In this document: in pieces, positions 1 through 8,487 of the stretch
How the letters are laid out: each line of letters opens with the position of its first letter
Position numbering within the stretch: position 1 is the first letter of the stretch
Origin: an uncultured bacterium
Lineage (GTDB): Bacteria; Verrucomicrobiota; Verrucomicrobiia; Limisphaerales; UBA11358
Length of the DNA: 64,000 bases
Direction: 5' to 3'
Assembly: GCA_963708305.1 (NCBI GenBank)
Contig: CAVPSH010000001.1
Location: 449,820-513,819, forward strand
The notes under the pieces: model-generated
The model's database searches: none
The model's input: only the letters and a program-made list of their open reading frames with translations
Told to the model about the DNA's origin: nothing
Made by a program: the position numbers and the translations under genes

Positions 1-64
1 CCGGCGCTCCCACGGATTTGGATTCCGGCGGGACATTGAGCGGTGGCATGGCGGTTTCAGGCAT
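1..64 (-). CDS. probable 5' end of phosphate ABC transporter ATPase; runs off the window
   Basis: ATG at 64-62 lies about 15 nt downstream of the pstA stop and stays open to the window edge (MPETAMPPLNVPPESKSVGAP). Identity rests only on pstSCAB operon order. Confidence 0.3.
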   Translation of the reverse strand, partial: MPETAMPPLNVPPESKSVGAP

Positions 65-78
65 GGCGTTGCAAAATT

Positions 79-932
79 TCAGGCTTTGCGTTGGAACCGG
101 TCGCGGGTGAAAAAGCGCACGCCGACGTTGATGGCCAGCACCAGCAGGAGCAGAACGAAGGCGCCCGCCCAGGCCTGCCGATGCCAGTCGTCATAGGGCG
201 AGATGGCATAAACGTAAATCTGCAGGGGGATGGCCGCGATGGGTTCGGTCAGTTTGTGCGCCCAGCCGAGATTGCCGGTGGTGAACAGCAGCGGCGCCGT
301 TTCGCCGGCGACGCGCGCGAGGGCCAGCAACACGCCGGTGACAATGCCTTTGAGCGCGGTGCGGATGACGATTTGCACGATGGTCCGCCATTTGGCAATG
401 CCCAGCGCCAGCGCGGCTTCGCGGTAGCCGCCGGGCACCAGTTGCAGCACTTCTTCGGTCGTCCGCATCACGAGCGGAATCATCATCAGTCCCAGCACCA
501 CGCCGCCCGCCAGCGCGGACGCGCCGTGCATGGGCACGACCATCAGGGCATAGACCACCACGCCCCAGGTGATGGACGGCACGCCGTTGAGAATGTCGGC
601 GGCGAACCGGAATCCACCAGTTTAACCTGGTCCCGCCGTATTCGGAGAGGAACACGCCGCCGAGCACGCCGATCGGGACGCCGACGACCGCCGCCTGCCG
701 CGAGCAAAACAAATGTTCCGACGATGGCGTTGGCCATGCCGCCGCCTTTTTCGCCGAGGGGCTTGGGCAGTTGCGTGAAGAACGCCCAGATTGATCGAAC
801 TGAACCCTTCCTTTACGATGTGATAAAAAATCAGAACCAGCGGCGTGACCACCAGAATGGCGCAGGCGAACGTGATGCGCCTGCATCAGGATGTTCTTGA
901 ACTTGACGCCAGTTATGGTTCGGGGCGGTCAT
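79..932 (-). pseudogene. pstA: phosphate ABC transporter permease PstA, frameshifted as assembled (at least 4 shifts)
   Basis: PstA sequence is recovered only by joining 5 frame segments: KFKNILMQA / ITFACAILVVTPLVLIFYHIVKEGFSSINLG / FFTQLPKPLGEKGGGMANAIVGTFVLLAA / AAVVGVPIGVLGGVFLSEYGGTRLNWWI / PSITWGVVVYALMVVP...EAALALGIAKWRTI. Shifts lie near 870, 780, 690 and 615. Confidence 0.8.
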
Positions 933-933
933 T

Positions 934-1906
934 TCAGTGTTGCGGTTTTACGCCGGGTCCGGCGAAGGTTTTCAAAAGCAATTGCGCAAAAATGTTCACG
1001 AGCACGGTCACGCCGAGCAGGACCAGCCCGAGTTCAAACAGCGAGCTGTAAAACAAATCGCCGATGGCTTCGGTGAATTGATTGGCAATCCAACTGGCCA
1101 AGCGTGCTGCCAGGCGCAAAAAGCGATTTGACGAATTGCGGCGAATTGCCGATGACCATCGTCACGGCCATCGTTTCGCCCAGCGCGCGGCCCAGCCCCA
1201 GAATGACCGCGCCGAACAGGCCCTTTTTCGCGTAGCTCAGCACGGCGATGCGCGTGACTTCCCAGCGCGTCGCGCCGAGGGCATAGGCGGCTTCGCGCTG
1301 CAAACCGGGAACCGAGCGCAGGATTTCCCGCGAGACCGACGTGATGATGGGCACAACCATGATGGCGAGGATGATTCCGGCGGCCAGCATGCACGGGCCG
1401 TAATCCGGCCCTTGAAAGAATGGCAGAAAACCGAGCGTCGTCCGCAGCGCTGGATAAAGATGATCGTGCAGCCACGGAACCATGACAAACAATCCCCAGA
1501 AGCCCAGAATGACGCTGGGAATGGCGGCAAGCAATTCGATGAACATGATGAGCGGCTGGCGCATCCAGAGCGGCGCCAGTTCGGTGAGATAAACGGCGGT
1601 GGCGACGCTGATGGGCACGGCGATGATGAGCGCAATGAGCGATGAGACCAGCGTGCCGAAAATGAAGGGCAGCGCGCCATAAATGTCGTTGACCGGGTCC
1701 CAGTCGCTGCTGATGAGAAAGTGCCAGCCGAATTTGTGCAGCGCCGGCTGCGAACCGCGGGCCAGTTCGTAGCCGATGAGCGCGATGAGCACAAAAACGG
1801 ACAGCGCCATCAGCAGCGTCAGCCATTTGAAGGCGCGGTCGCCGAAGTGGGAGCCGCCGCGCATTCGCGCGGAGGCGGTGGCTGCCATGACCGAAGATTC
1901 ACTCAC
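934..1906 (-). pseudogene. pstC: phosphate ABC transporter permease PstC, one frameshift near 1097
   Basis: ORF 1034-1906 is a PstC-like permease (REAAYALGATRWEV, GETMAVTMVIGN). Its tail is out of frame, and the correct C-terminus LASWIANQFTEAIGDLFYSSLFELGLVLL continues in ORF 934-1119. Confidence 0.85.
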
Positions 1907-2041
1907 GGTTTCTTAAAATCCAACGGCGGGCGGAGTAATGATTGCACACTCCGGCACTCTCCGGTTCCCATGTTCTGTCCATTTGTTTCCATGCAAAACC
2001 AAAAGGACGAAGAGCGGGAGGAACAACGCTCTTCGTCCAGC

Positions 2042-3159
2042 TCACGCCCGCAAAAATACCGGGCGCCGGAGCGAAGTCAGTATTTTATTGTATCGAGCAA
2101 CTGTCAATTCACGCTGCTGGACGTTGTCCGGCAGCGGCGCATAATCCAGCGTGGACGAAATTTTCTGGCCCTCCGTGACCGCCCATTTCAAAAAGGCCAC
2201 GAGCTTTTTGCCATGGTCGGCGTTTTTCTGCTGCTGATAAACCAGCACCCAGCTCGCACCGGCGATGGGATAGGCCTGGTCGCCGGGCGGATTGACCATG
2301 GAGAAACGGAAGTCGTCCGGGATGTGCGCGGTGGCCAGCGCGGCGCTGACGGAAGCCGGCGCGGGCGAAATAAAATTGCCCGATGAATTTTTCATGTCGG
2401 CGTAGGGGATTTTGCTCTGGTCGGCATAGGCCAGTTCGCCGTAGCCAATGGCGCCGGAAATTTGTTTGACCTGGCCGGCCACGCCTTCGCTGCCTTTGGC
2501 GCCCAGGCCGATGCCGGCGGGCCATTTCACGGAAGTGCTTTTGCCCACCGTATCCGCCCAAACCGGATTCACGCGCTCAAGTAATCGGTGAAAATGAACG
2601 TGGTGCCGCTGCCTTCGGTGCGATGAACCGGAACAATCGCCAGGTCCGGCAAATCAACGCCCGGATTGAGCGCGGCAATTTTGGGATCATTCCATTTGTT
2701 GATGTTGCCGAGGTAAATGTTGGCCAGCGTATCGCCGTCCAGCTTCAGTTTGGGATTGCCGGGCAGGTTATACATGATGGCCACGCCGCCGGCCACGACC
2801 GGGAAATGCAGGATTTTGCCCGGCGCCTTGGCCATGGCGGCGTCGGTCATCGGCGCGTCGGAAGCGCCAAAGTCCACCGTTTGATTGAGCAATTGTTTCT
2901 GCCCGCCGCCGGAGCCGATGGATTGATAATTGAAGCGGACGTCAGGATGATCCTTGCCGTAGGCTTCAAACCATTTGGTGAAGGCCGGATAGTCGAAGGT
3001 CGAACCGGCGCCGTTGATGAGCGTTTGTGCCGGCACATTGGTGGCAACGAGTAAGGCCGCCGTGCCGACGACCGCCAGATGCCGCTTCGCGTTTAGAATG
3101 GCCACGGTCGCGGCGACCACGGCGCCAAGGCCGAGAATGGAGAGAATGATTTTTTTCAT
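2042..3159 (-). pseudogene. pstS: phosphate-binding protein PstS, one frameshift near 2572
   Basis: The N-terminal ORF 2569-3159 has a signal peptide and GAGSTFDYPAF...SIGSGGG...FGASDAPM, and stops at FTDYLSA*. The sequence continues in another frame as VNPVWADTVGKSTSVKWP...DYAPLP (ORF 2042-2572). Confidence 0.85.
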
Positions 3160-3192
3160 TTCAATTTGGGAGTGTAGTCGGTTTCTTATGGG

Positions 3193-3207
3193 TTGTTCAC
3201 GTTACAA
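3193..3207. promoter_or_regulatory. TGTTCAC-GTTACAA motif pair between porin stop and pstS start (possible Pho-box-like site)
   Basis: TTGTTCACGTTACAA resembles the TGTTACA repeats seen upstream of the porin gene. It lies 34-48 nt upstream of the pstS ATG. Confidence 0.25.
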
Positions 3208-3212
3208 TCAGG

Positions 3213-4589
3213 TTAAAATTTCCACATCAGGTCGGCCATGGCATGGATGGCCGATGAACCGGCACCGGCGGGATTCGTATTGCCAATCATGCTGTTGACG
3301 TAGCAGGTGAAGGAAAAAAACAAGGCGTCCGTCAACGCGTAGTCCGCCGTGAACAGGTGGCCTTTGACGTTGGTGCCGCCGGCGAAGCCCGCATTGTAGG
3401 TCAGGTTATCGTCGTTCACAATTTGGGCGAACCAGGCATTGGCGTCCAGCGATTCGTAACGATAGCCGACGTCCCAGGTGCCTTGCTTGCCCGCCTGACC
3501 GAAAATAATGCCGCCATAGAAACCTTCGTTCCCGCTGGGCGCGCCGCCTACGATGGCCCCGCCGGAACCGGGCGCGCCGGGATTGTTCAGGTATTCACCG
3601 ACGAGCTTGATGGGGAACGCACCCTTGTAAAGCGGGAAGCTGCCCAGCTTGTAAGTGACGCTGGCATCCACGACAATAGGGTTCAGGCTGTAAATGGGAT
3701 CGCCCGCGGCATTGACGGAGTTTCCCTTGTTGCCGTCGCCGGCGTTGGCCGTGGTAAGCTGGTCGCGATTGACAATGTCATAGGCCGCAACTCCTAGCGA
3801 ACTGGAAAGATGATCCGTCCAGTTGGCATTCCACGACGCCTGCGCACCGTAGAGAAACGACATGTTCTGGGCGGCTGAACCCGAATAGGCCAGGACAAAG
3901 CCCGCGCCGTTGACCGCCACGGAATTCCAGTCGTTGATTTTATAGGAAGCCTGCAGCGCGCCGCCTTCCGGCGTGTAATCCGGGTCGAACACCATCGGCG
4001 TTTCCTGAAATGGCTCGTCCATTTTTCCGATGGTTCCGGCCACCATCCAGGTGCCGTCGTTAATCGGCATCCATTTGCCATAGGCCGCATCCACATAAAT
4101 GAACTTCTTGGTGCCGTTGCCTTGCAGCGTGGTGTTGTTGGACACCGGGTTACCGCCCGCAGGACCGGCGGCGGTATTTGGGTCAGCGGAGCCCAACCGG
4201 AAGCCCACCTGCAAATCGTCTTTCATGTTGACCAGCAACCCCACGCGCAAGCGGTAGCGCAGGCGGATATTGTCTTCCTGGGCCGGGTTCGATGTCGTCC
4301 GTTCATCGAACCGTCCGCGGAAATCGCCGGACAATTTGTAACCGGTAATCCAGTCCGGCATCGGGAAGCGGGAATTCATCGCCTGGTTGAAATCAGCGAC
4401 GGAATTGGTCGTGTTCTCGGCCTTCAGTTCGTCCGCTTCATTCGGCGTAAGAATGCCTTTTTGTTCCAGTTTGTTGAGCAGGTTGTCCACGGACGATTGC
4501 GCGTGGCTGTTGGGAGTTAAAGCCATCAGTGCGGCAGCACCGGCAAAGATGGCAACCTTGGTGGTCTGGTGATTTTTGTTTTTTTTCAT
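3213..4589 (-). CDS. outer-membrane porin heading the pst cluster (phosphate-selective porin candidate)
   Basis: 458 aa with a signal peptide (ALMALTPNSHAQ), beta-barrel-like Gly/Asn/Tyr-rich composition and a C-terminal aromatic residue (DLMWKF). It sits directly upstream of pstS on the same strand. Confidence 0.6.
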   Translation of the reverse strand: MKKNKNHQTTKVAIFAGAAALMALTPNSHAQSSVDNLLNKLEQKGILTPNEADELKAENTTNSVADFNQAMNSRFPMPDWITGYKLSGDFRGRFDERTTSNPAQEDNIRLRYRLRVGLLVNMKDDLQVGFRLGSADPNTAAGPAGGNPVSNNTTLQGNGTKKFIYVDAAYGKWMPINDGTWMVAGTIGKMDEPFQETPMVFDPDYTPEGGALQASYKINDWNSVAVNGAGFVLAYSGSAAQNMSFLYGAQASWNANWTDHLSSSLGVAAYDIVNRDQLTTANAGDGNKGNSVNAAGDPIYSLNPIVVDASVTYKLGSFPLYKGAFPIKLVGEYLNNPGAPGSGGAIVGGAPSGNEGFYGGIIFGQAGKQGTWDVGYRYESLDANAWFAQIVNDDNLTYNAGFAGGTNVKGHLFTADYALTDALFFSFTCYVNSMIGNTNPAGAGSSAIHAMADLMWKF

Positions 4590-4622
4590 GGTTGTCGTTT
4601 GCTAAGCGAGGGCAGGCTGAAG

Positions 4623-4709
4623 CAACATTGTTACAAACAAACGGAGGCAATGTTACAATTGCGTGACAAGACAACATTGTCACGACTCCGTGTGGATAAT
4701 GTTACAACG
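4623..4709. promoter_or_regulatory. four direct repeats (A)ATTGTTACAA upstream of the porin gene; candidate PhoB-type operator
   Basis: TGTTACA at 4629, 4651 and 4700, plus TGTCACG at 4678 (spacings 22, 27 and 22 bp). These lie 40-117 nt upstream of the porin ATG at 4589. Confidence 0.4.
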
Positions 4710-4757
4710 CGATGGCGGGGTAAATGAGGCCCCGGCAAAACCCTTTGCGCGTGATGT

Positions 4758-4827
4758 GGAGCGCCGGTCTCCGACCCGGCGGTTTGGAAAATCAGCCCCT
4801 TCGAGCCGGGTCGGAGACCGGCGCCCC
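4758..4827. repeat. long hairpin repeat with GGAGCGC termini (family B); likely also a terminator for the 4837-5391 gene
   Basis: GGAGCGCCGGTCTCCGACCCGG, a 26-nt loop, then CCGGGTCGGAGACCGGCGCCCC: a 22-bp stem with one mismatch. Confidence 0.7.
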
Positions 4828-4836
4828 TGGCGGGCA

Positions 4837-5391
4837 TTACATCGCGCGGAACGCGGTCAGGCCCAGCAGCAAAATGAAAATCGCAAACGCCAGCCGGATG
4901 GTGCTGGTCACACGGATGCGCGCTTCGGTGGCCGTGGCCCAATTCACCAAATCACGCAGCTTCCACGGCCAGACCGTGAAACACATGCCCGCGACGACGA
5001 GCAGGTAGGCCCACGCTTGAATCACCCACACCCAATGGGTCTGGCCCAGATGCGGCCGGCCCGTGTCCACCATCAATTTCGCCAGTAGCAACGCGACGAC
5101 TGCCAGTCCGCGCACGGCCAGAAAGTCCTGGATAAAGATACAACTCAAAACGCCCACCGCCACGAAACCCATCATCATCGCCGGTTTGAAGGCCGCGAAA
5201 TCGGAGACCGACTCGTTGTGGACGTTCCAGACAAACCAGGCCGTGCCGAGCAACATGAGCGCGACGCCGAGCGGCAGGTTGCGCGGAAATTTGCGGGCCG
5301 CCGCCGCGAATTGCTGCGGCCGGGTGATGCCATAAACCTGCGGCACGGCCATGCCGAGTCCGAGCACAATGGACAGTAACGACAATTTCAT
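4837..5391 (-). CDS. polytopic membrane protein, unknown function
   Basis: 184-aa ORF with about 6 hydrophobic segments. It matches no motif I recognise. Confidence 0.5.
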   Translation of the reverse strand: MKLSLLSIVLGLGMAVPQVYGITRPQQFAAAARKFPRNLPLGVALMLLGTAWFVWNVHNESVSDFAAFKPAMMMGFVAVGVLSCIFIQDFLAVRGLAVVALLLAKLMVDTGRPHLGQTHWVWVIQAWAYLLVVAGMCFTVWPWKLRDLVNWATATEARIRVTSTIRLAFAIFILLLGLTAFRAM

Positions 5392-5497
5392 CGCGGGGAA
5401 TTAAACATGAACTCCGACAAATCGCGAGCAAATTGACACGGAAAAATTCAATCTGGACACTTCATGTTGCCAGACATAGGGTCGCCGCATAAGAACG

Positions 5498-5815
5498 ATG
5501 AACAAGAGCAAAGAGCAAATGTTGAAAGAGGTAAAGTCGCCCGAACACTTTGGATGGGTGAGGAAATGGAAGGACAAGGGCGAGATCCTAAAGTCACGAA
5601 TAAAGAAGAGAGTCGCAATTGCAGAGGAGGATTATCCTCAAATTAACACTGTTGATTTGATAGAGTTCGTGGAAGAGAAAAGGTGTGAGATCAGATTCGG
5701 GTATTACACAATAGACCGAAACGGAAAATGGTATTGGGGGCAATATTGTCCTTGTTATCCCAAAAGAAACCTCCGGCAACTTCTCAAAGAGGCAAAAAAG
5801 GCCAGAATACTTTGA
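5498..5815 (+). CDS. small Lys/Glu-rich hypothetical protein in a low-GC patch
   Basis: 105-aa ORF (MNKSKEQMLKEVKSPEHFGW...). The local sequence is visibly AT-richer than its flanks. Confidence 0.4.
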   Translation: MNKSKEQMLKEVKSPEHFGWVRKWKDKGEILKSRIKKRVAIAEEDYPQINTVDLIEFVEEKRCEIRFGYYTIDRNGKWYWGQYCPCYPKRNLRQLLKEAKKARIL

Positions 5816-5856
5816 CAGTCTCGCTATTCCACAATCGCCGGGTCGCCACAAAACTC

Positions 5857-5945
5857 GTAGCCGCCGACGTGCAGTCGGCGCCAACTTCTCGATTTAAAAC
5901 CCCCCGCCAAAAAAAATTTAGCGCGGACTATACGTCCACGGCTAC
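5857..5945. repeat. REPIN doublet (family A), left of RAYT
   Basis: GTAGCCGCCGACgtgcaGTCGGCGCC ... TAGCGCGGACtataCGTCCACGGCTAC: two inverted REP hairpins. About 85 percent identical to 6621-6709 in the same orientation. Confidence 0.8.
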
Positions 5946-5949
5946 GGCG

Positions 5950-6576
5950 TCATTCCATTTCGCGCGGCGGCAGAATGCGTTTCTCAATATCCGGCTTGCG
6001 CACAACAAAGTAATGTTCCCAAAACCACGGCCAGTAACCGGGTTCGAATGGATTCGCCCGCGGATAGCCAGGGATCACCGCGCCGAGAAACGGCCAGTTC
6101 TCCGGTGATTTGACCAAGCCACCTTTGAATGGATTGAGCATGACATAATCCGCGCACGCGACGCTGAATGCGTGTCGTTGCCGTTCTTCGGCGGTGAGCA
6201 CATGGTCATGCGCCTGATGTTGGAATTTCGCCGGCTTGAGAAACGAACCGATTTGAGCGCGAAGAAACTTGATACCGTTGCGCTGGTCGGTGTCGCGATG
6301 GAGCCCCATCCAAACCAGGTGAATGTGGTCGGGCATAAGGCAATAAGCCGGACAAAGCAATCCTTCACGTGCCGCGGTATGAAGCATGATTTCCCGAACA
6401 GTGGCGTGGAAACGATCGGTCAGCCGGCCTTGCTGACGATGGGAAACCGGCATGGTCCAGAACACAACAGCGTCGCCCTGGTAGAATTCGCGCTTCAGCC
6501 TCGGCAGGTAATGAGAAAAATCTGACCGCGGTTTTCGTTCGGAAACGATGGGAGCATCGAAGGGTTCAAGGCTCAC
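5950..6576 (-). CDS. REP-associated tyrosine transposase (RAYT, IS200-like Y1 transposase)
   Basis: 208 aa with a GTG start. It has the HUH motif in CLMPDHIHLVW and the catalytic Tyr region CADYVMLNPFKGGLV, and is flanked by REP hairpins. Confidence 0.8.
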   Translation of the reverse strand: MSLEPFDAPIVSERKPRSDFSHYLPRLKREFYQGDAVVFWTMPVSHRQQGRLTDRFHATVREIMLHTAAREGLLCPAYCLMPDHIHLVWMGLHRDTDQRNGIKFLRAQIGSFLKPAKFQHQAHDHVLTAEERQRHAFSVACADYVMLNPFKGGLVKSPENWPFLGAVIPGYPRANPFEPGYWPWFWEHYFVVRKPDIEKRILPPREME

Positions 6577-6588
6577 GACGGGATTTTG

Positions 6589-6613
6589 GCGCGAACTGAC
6601 GTTCGCGGCTACA
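6589..6613. repeat. single REP hairpin (family A)
   Basis: GCGCGAACTGACGTTCGCGGCTACA resembles the second half of the REPIN doublets. Confidence 0.6.
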
Positions 6614-6620
6614 CTTTTTT

Positions 6621-6709
6621 GTAGCCGCCGACGTTAGTCGGCGCTGACTTCCCGTTTTGAAAAATCCCCGCCCAAATGATTTTAGCGCGGACTGACGTCC
6701 ATGGCTACA
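6621..6709. repeat. REPIN doublet (family A), right of RAYT; supplies the miaB stop codon
   Basis: GTAGCCGCCGACgttaGTCGGCGCTGA ... TAGCGCGGACtgacGTCCATGGCTACA. The miaB TAG (6707-6705) lies inside the terminal GCTACA. Confidence 0.8.
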
Positions 6710-8162
6710 GGTTCACAATCGCCGGGTCGCCGTAAAGAGTGAAGGAGCCGGCGCGGATGATTTTTACGTCCATGAGCCGGCCGCGATGCCGTTCCGAGCC
6801 GTCAAATACCACAATCCGGTTACAACGCGTTCGACCGGTCATTCGCGCCGGGTTTTTCTTGCTCGGCCCTTCCACCAGAATCTGCATCCGCCGCCCGATC
6901 AATGCGCTGTACTTGCGTTTGGCGATTTCGTTGATGACTTCCAACAGGCGCTGGTTGCGTTCCTCGCGAATTTCTTGCGGTACCTGGTCCGGCATTCCGG
7001 CGGCGGGCGTATCGCGGCGCTGCGAGTATTTAAAAATGTACGCCTGGTCAAATTCCACCTCGCGCGCGAGCGACAACGTCTCCTCGAAATCCTTCCCGGT
7101 TTCGCCCGGAAAGCCGACGATGAAGTCGGTACTGACGCCGATTTGAGGTTTGGCAGCACGCAGTTTTTCGATGATGCCAAGGTAACGTTCGCGCGTGTAG
7201 CCGCGGTGCATCAGTTTCAGCACGCGATTGCTGCCGCTCTGGACAGGCAGATGCGCGCTCTCGACGAGTTTCGGCATCCGCGCGTAAGCTTCAATCAAGT
7301 CATCGCCGTAACCCTTTGGATGCGGCGAGGTGAACCGGATGCGTTCCAGTCCCTCGATTTCGTGAACGGCTTCAAGGAGCTGAACAAACGGAGATTTCCT
7401 GGTCGAGGGTCGAGGGTCGAGGGTCGAGGGTTGGAAATTGTTTGGCTCTCGACTCTCGACTCTCGACTCTCGACTGCTTTGGCTGTGTTTTCCGTAACTC
7501 GTCACAATCTGGCCGAGCAGGGTGATTTCCTTCACACCCTGCGCCACCAACTGTCGGCATTCGGCCACAATGTCGGAAATGCCGCGGCTGCGCTCCTCGC
7601 CGCGCGTATAAGGCACAATGCAAAACGTGCAGTATTGATTGCAGCCCTGCATGATGCTGACAAACGCAGTGACCGGTAGCGGCGGTCTATGACCGTCGCC
7701 ATTTCCACCGCCATTTTTCGCACCGTTTCCGTAAAGCAGATGCTCGCGAATGGTCGCTTCGCTCCCCTGCTCTTCCGCCACATCCACGATTTTTTCCGCC
7801 CTCCCGGCGATGATTTCGTCGAGACAATCCGCCGCGCGATGAAATTTCTGCGTGCCAAGAACCAAATCCACGTCTGGCAACAGGTCAATCAATTCCTGTC
7901 CCCGGCTTTGGGCCATGCACCCCATGAACCCGAGGACGACATGGGGACGGCTGCGGCGGATGTCCGCGGCGAGGTTTTCCATTTTCCGGAGCGCCTTTTG
8001 TTCCGCGAGATCGCGCACGCTGCACGTGTTGAGCAGGATCACATCCGCCGCGGTTTCAGACGGCGCGAGCGTGTAGCCCTTGGCCACGAGTTGTGCGGCG
8101 ACGGCTTCGCTGTCGCGCTCATTCATCTGGCAACCGTAGGTTTTGATATAGACGCTCGGCAT
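6705..8162 (-). CDS. miaB: tRNA-i6A37 methylthiotransferase MiaB
   Basis: MPSVYIKTYGCQMNERDSE, the radical-SAM motif CNQYCTFCIVPYTRG, then RIRFTSPHP and a TRAM-like C-terminus. The start is set at 8162 because the longer ORF extension runs through a REP hairpin. Confidence 0.9.
   Translation of the reverse strand: MPSVYIKTYGCQMNERDSEAVAAQLVAKGYTLAPSETAADVILLNTCSVRDLAEQKALRKMENLAADIRRSRPHVVLGFMGCMAQSRGQELIDLLPDVDLVLGTQKFHRAADCLDEIIAGRAEKIVDVAEEQGSEATIREHLLYGNGAKNGGGNGDGHRPPLPVTAFVSIMQGCNQYCTFCIVPYTRGEERSRGISDIVAECRQLVAQGVKEITLLGQIVTSYGKHSQSSRESRVESREPNNFQPSTLDPRPSTRKSPFVQLLEAVHEIEGLERIRFTSPHPKGYGDDLIEAYARMPKLVESAHLPVQSGSNRVLKLMHRGYTRERYLGIIEKLRAAKPQIGVSTDFIVGFPGETGKDFEETLSLAREVEFDQAYIFKYSQRRDTPAAGMPDQVPQEIREERNQRLLEVINEIAKRKYSALIGRRMQILVEGPSKKNPARMTGRTRCNRIVVFDGSERHRGRLMDVKIIRAGSFTLYGDPAIVNL
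7401..7475. repeat. 75-bp heptad-repeat palindrome inside the miaB coding sequence
   Basis: (GGTCGAG)x4, a 15-nt loop, then (CTCTCGA)x4. It translates in frame as SRESRVESREPNNFQPSTLDPRPST. Confidence 0.9.
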
Positions 8163-8230
8163 GGGATGAGAATAACGGCAATTTAGGTCATTCCGCCGGC
8201 CTTGAAAAGGCGGAAAGACGCGGGCATTCC

Positions 8231-8297
8231 GGGAGCGCCGGCATCTTGCCGGCGAGTTCCACTGTCTGAGACACACCGGCAAGATGTCGGCGCTCCC
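8231..8297. repeat. long hairpin repeat with GGAGCGC termini (family B)
   Basis: GGGAGCGCCGGCATCTTGCCGG, a loop, then CCGGCAAGATGTCGGCGCTCCC: a 22-bp stem with one mismatch. It lies upstream of miaB. Confidence 0.7.
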
Positions 8298-8487
8298 ATA
8301 AAGGGTTTTCCCCGTGCTTTAGCGGCAGCGGCCAATCCTCGCAAAATTTTTCCCAAAATATGATTGGCAAGTTTGGACAAGTTGGGCTTTATTATCAGCA
8401 GGTCATGGGAACCAACCGAGCAGTTCGACGACCCGCTTTCGCCGCAGTCCGGCGCAGCAATCCAAACCTTCAACCGGAGGACTTCCA

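Larger units (their letters stand above)
5848..6713. mobile_element. REPIN-RAYT-REPIN module bracketed by an 18-bp direct repeat
   Basis: CACAATCGCCGGGTCGCC occurs at 5830-5847 and again at 6714-6731. The 866 bp between the copies holds two REPIN doublets, one single REP and the RAYT gene. Confidence 0.7.

Noticed and set aside
8163-8282. N-terminal extensions of miaB (to 8282), the guanylyltransferase (to 18813), lpxI (to 50396), GH28 (to 56673) and the TMTC-like gene (to 22839).
   Set aside because: The conserved protein N-termini begin at internal Met codons. The extensions are Arg/Cys-rich, and for miaB the extension translates a REP hairpin.
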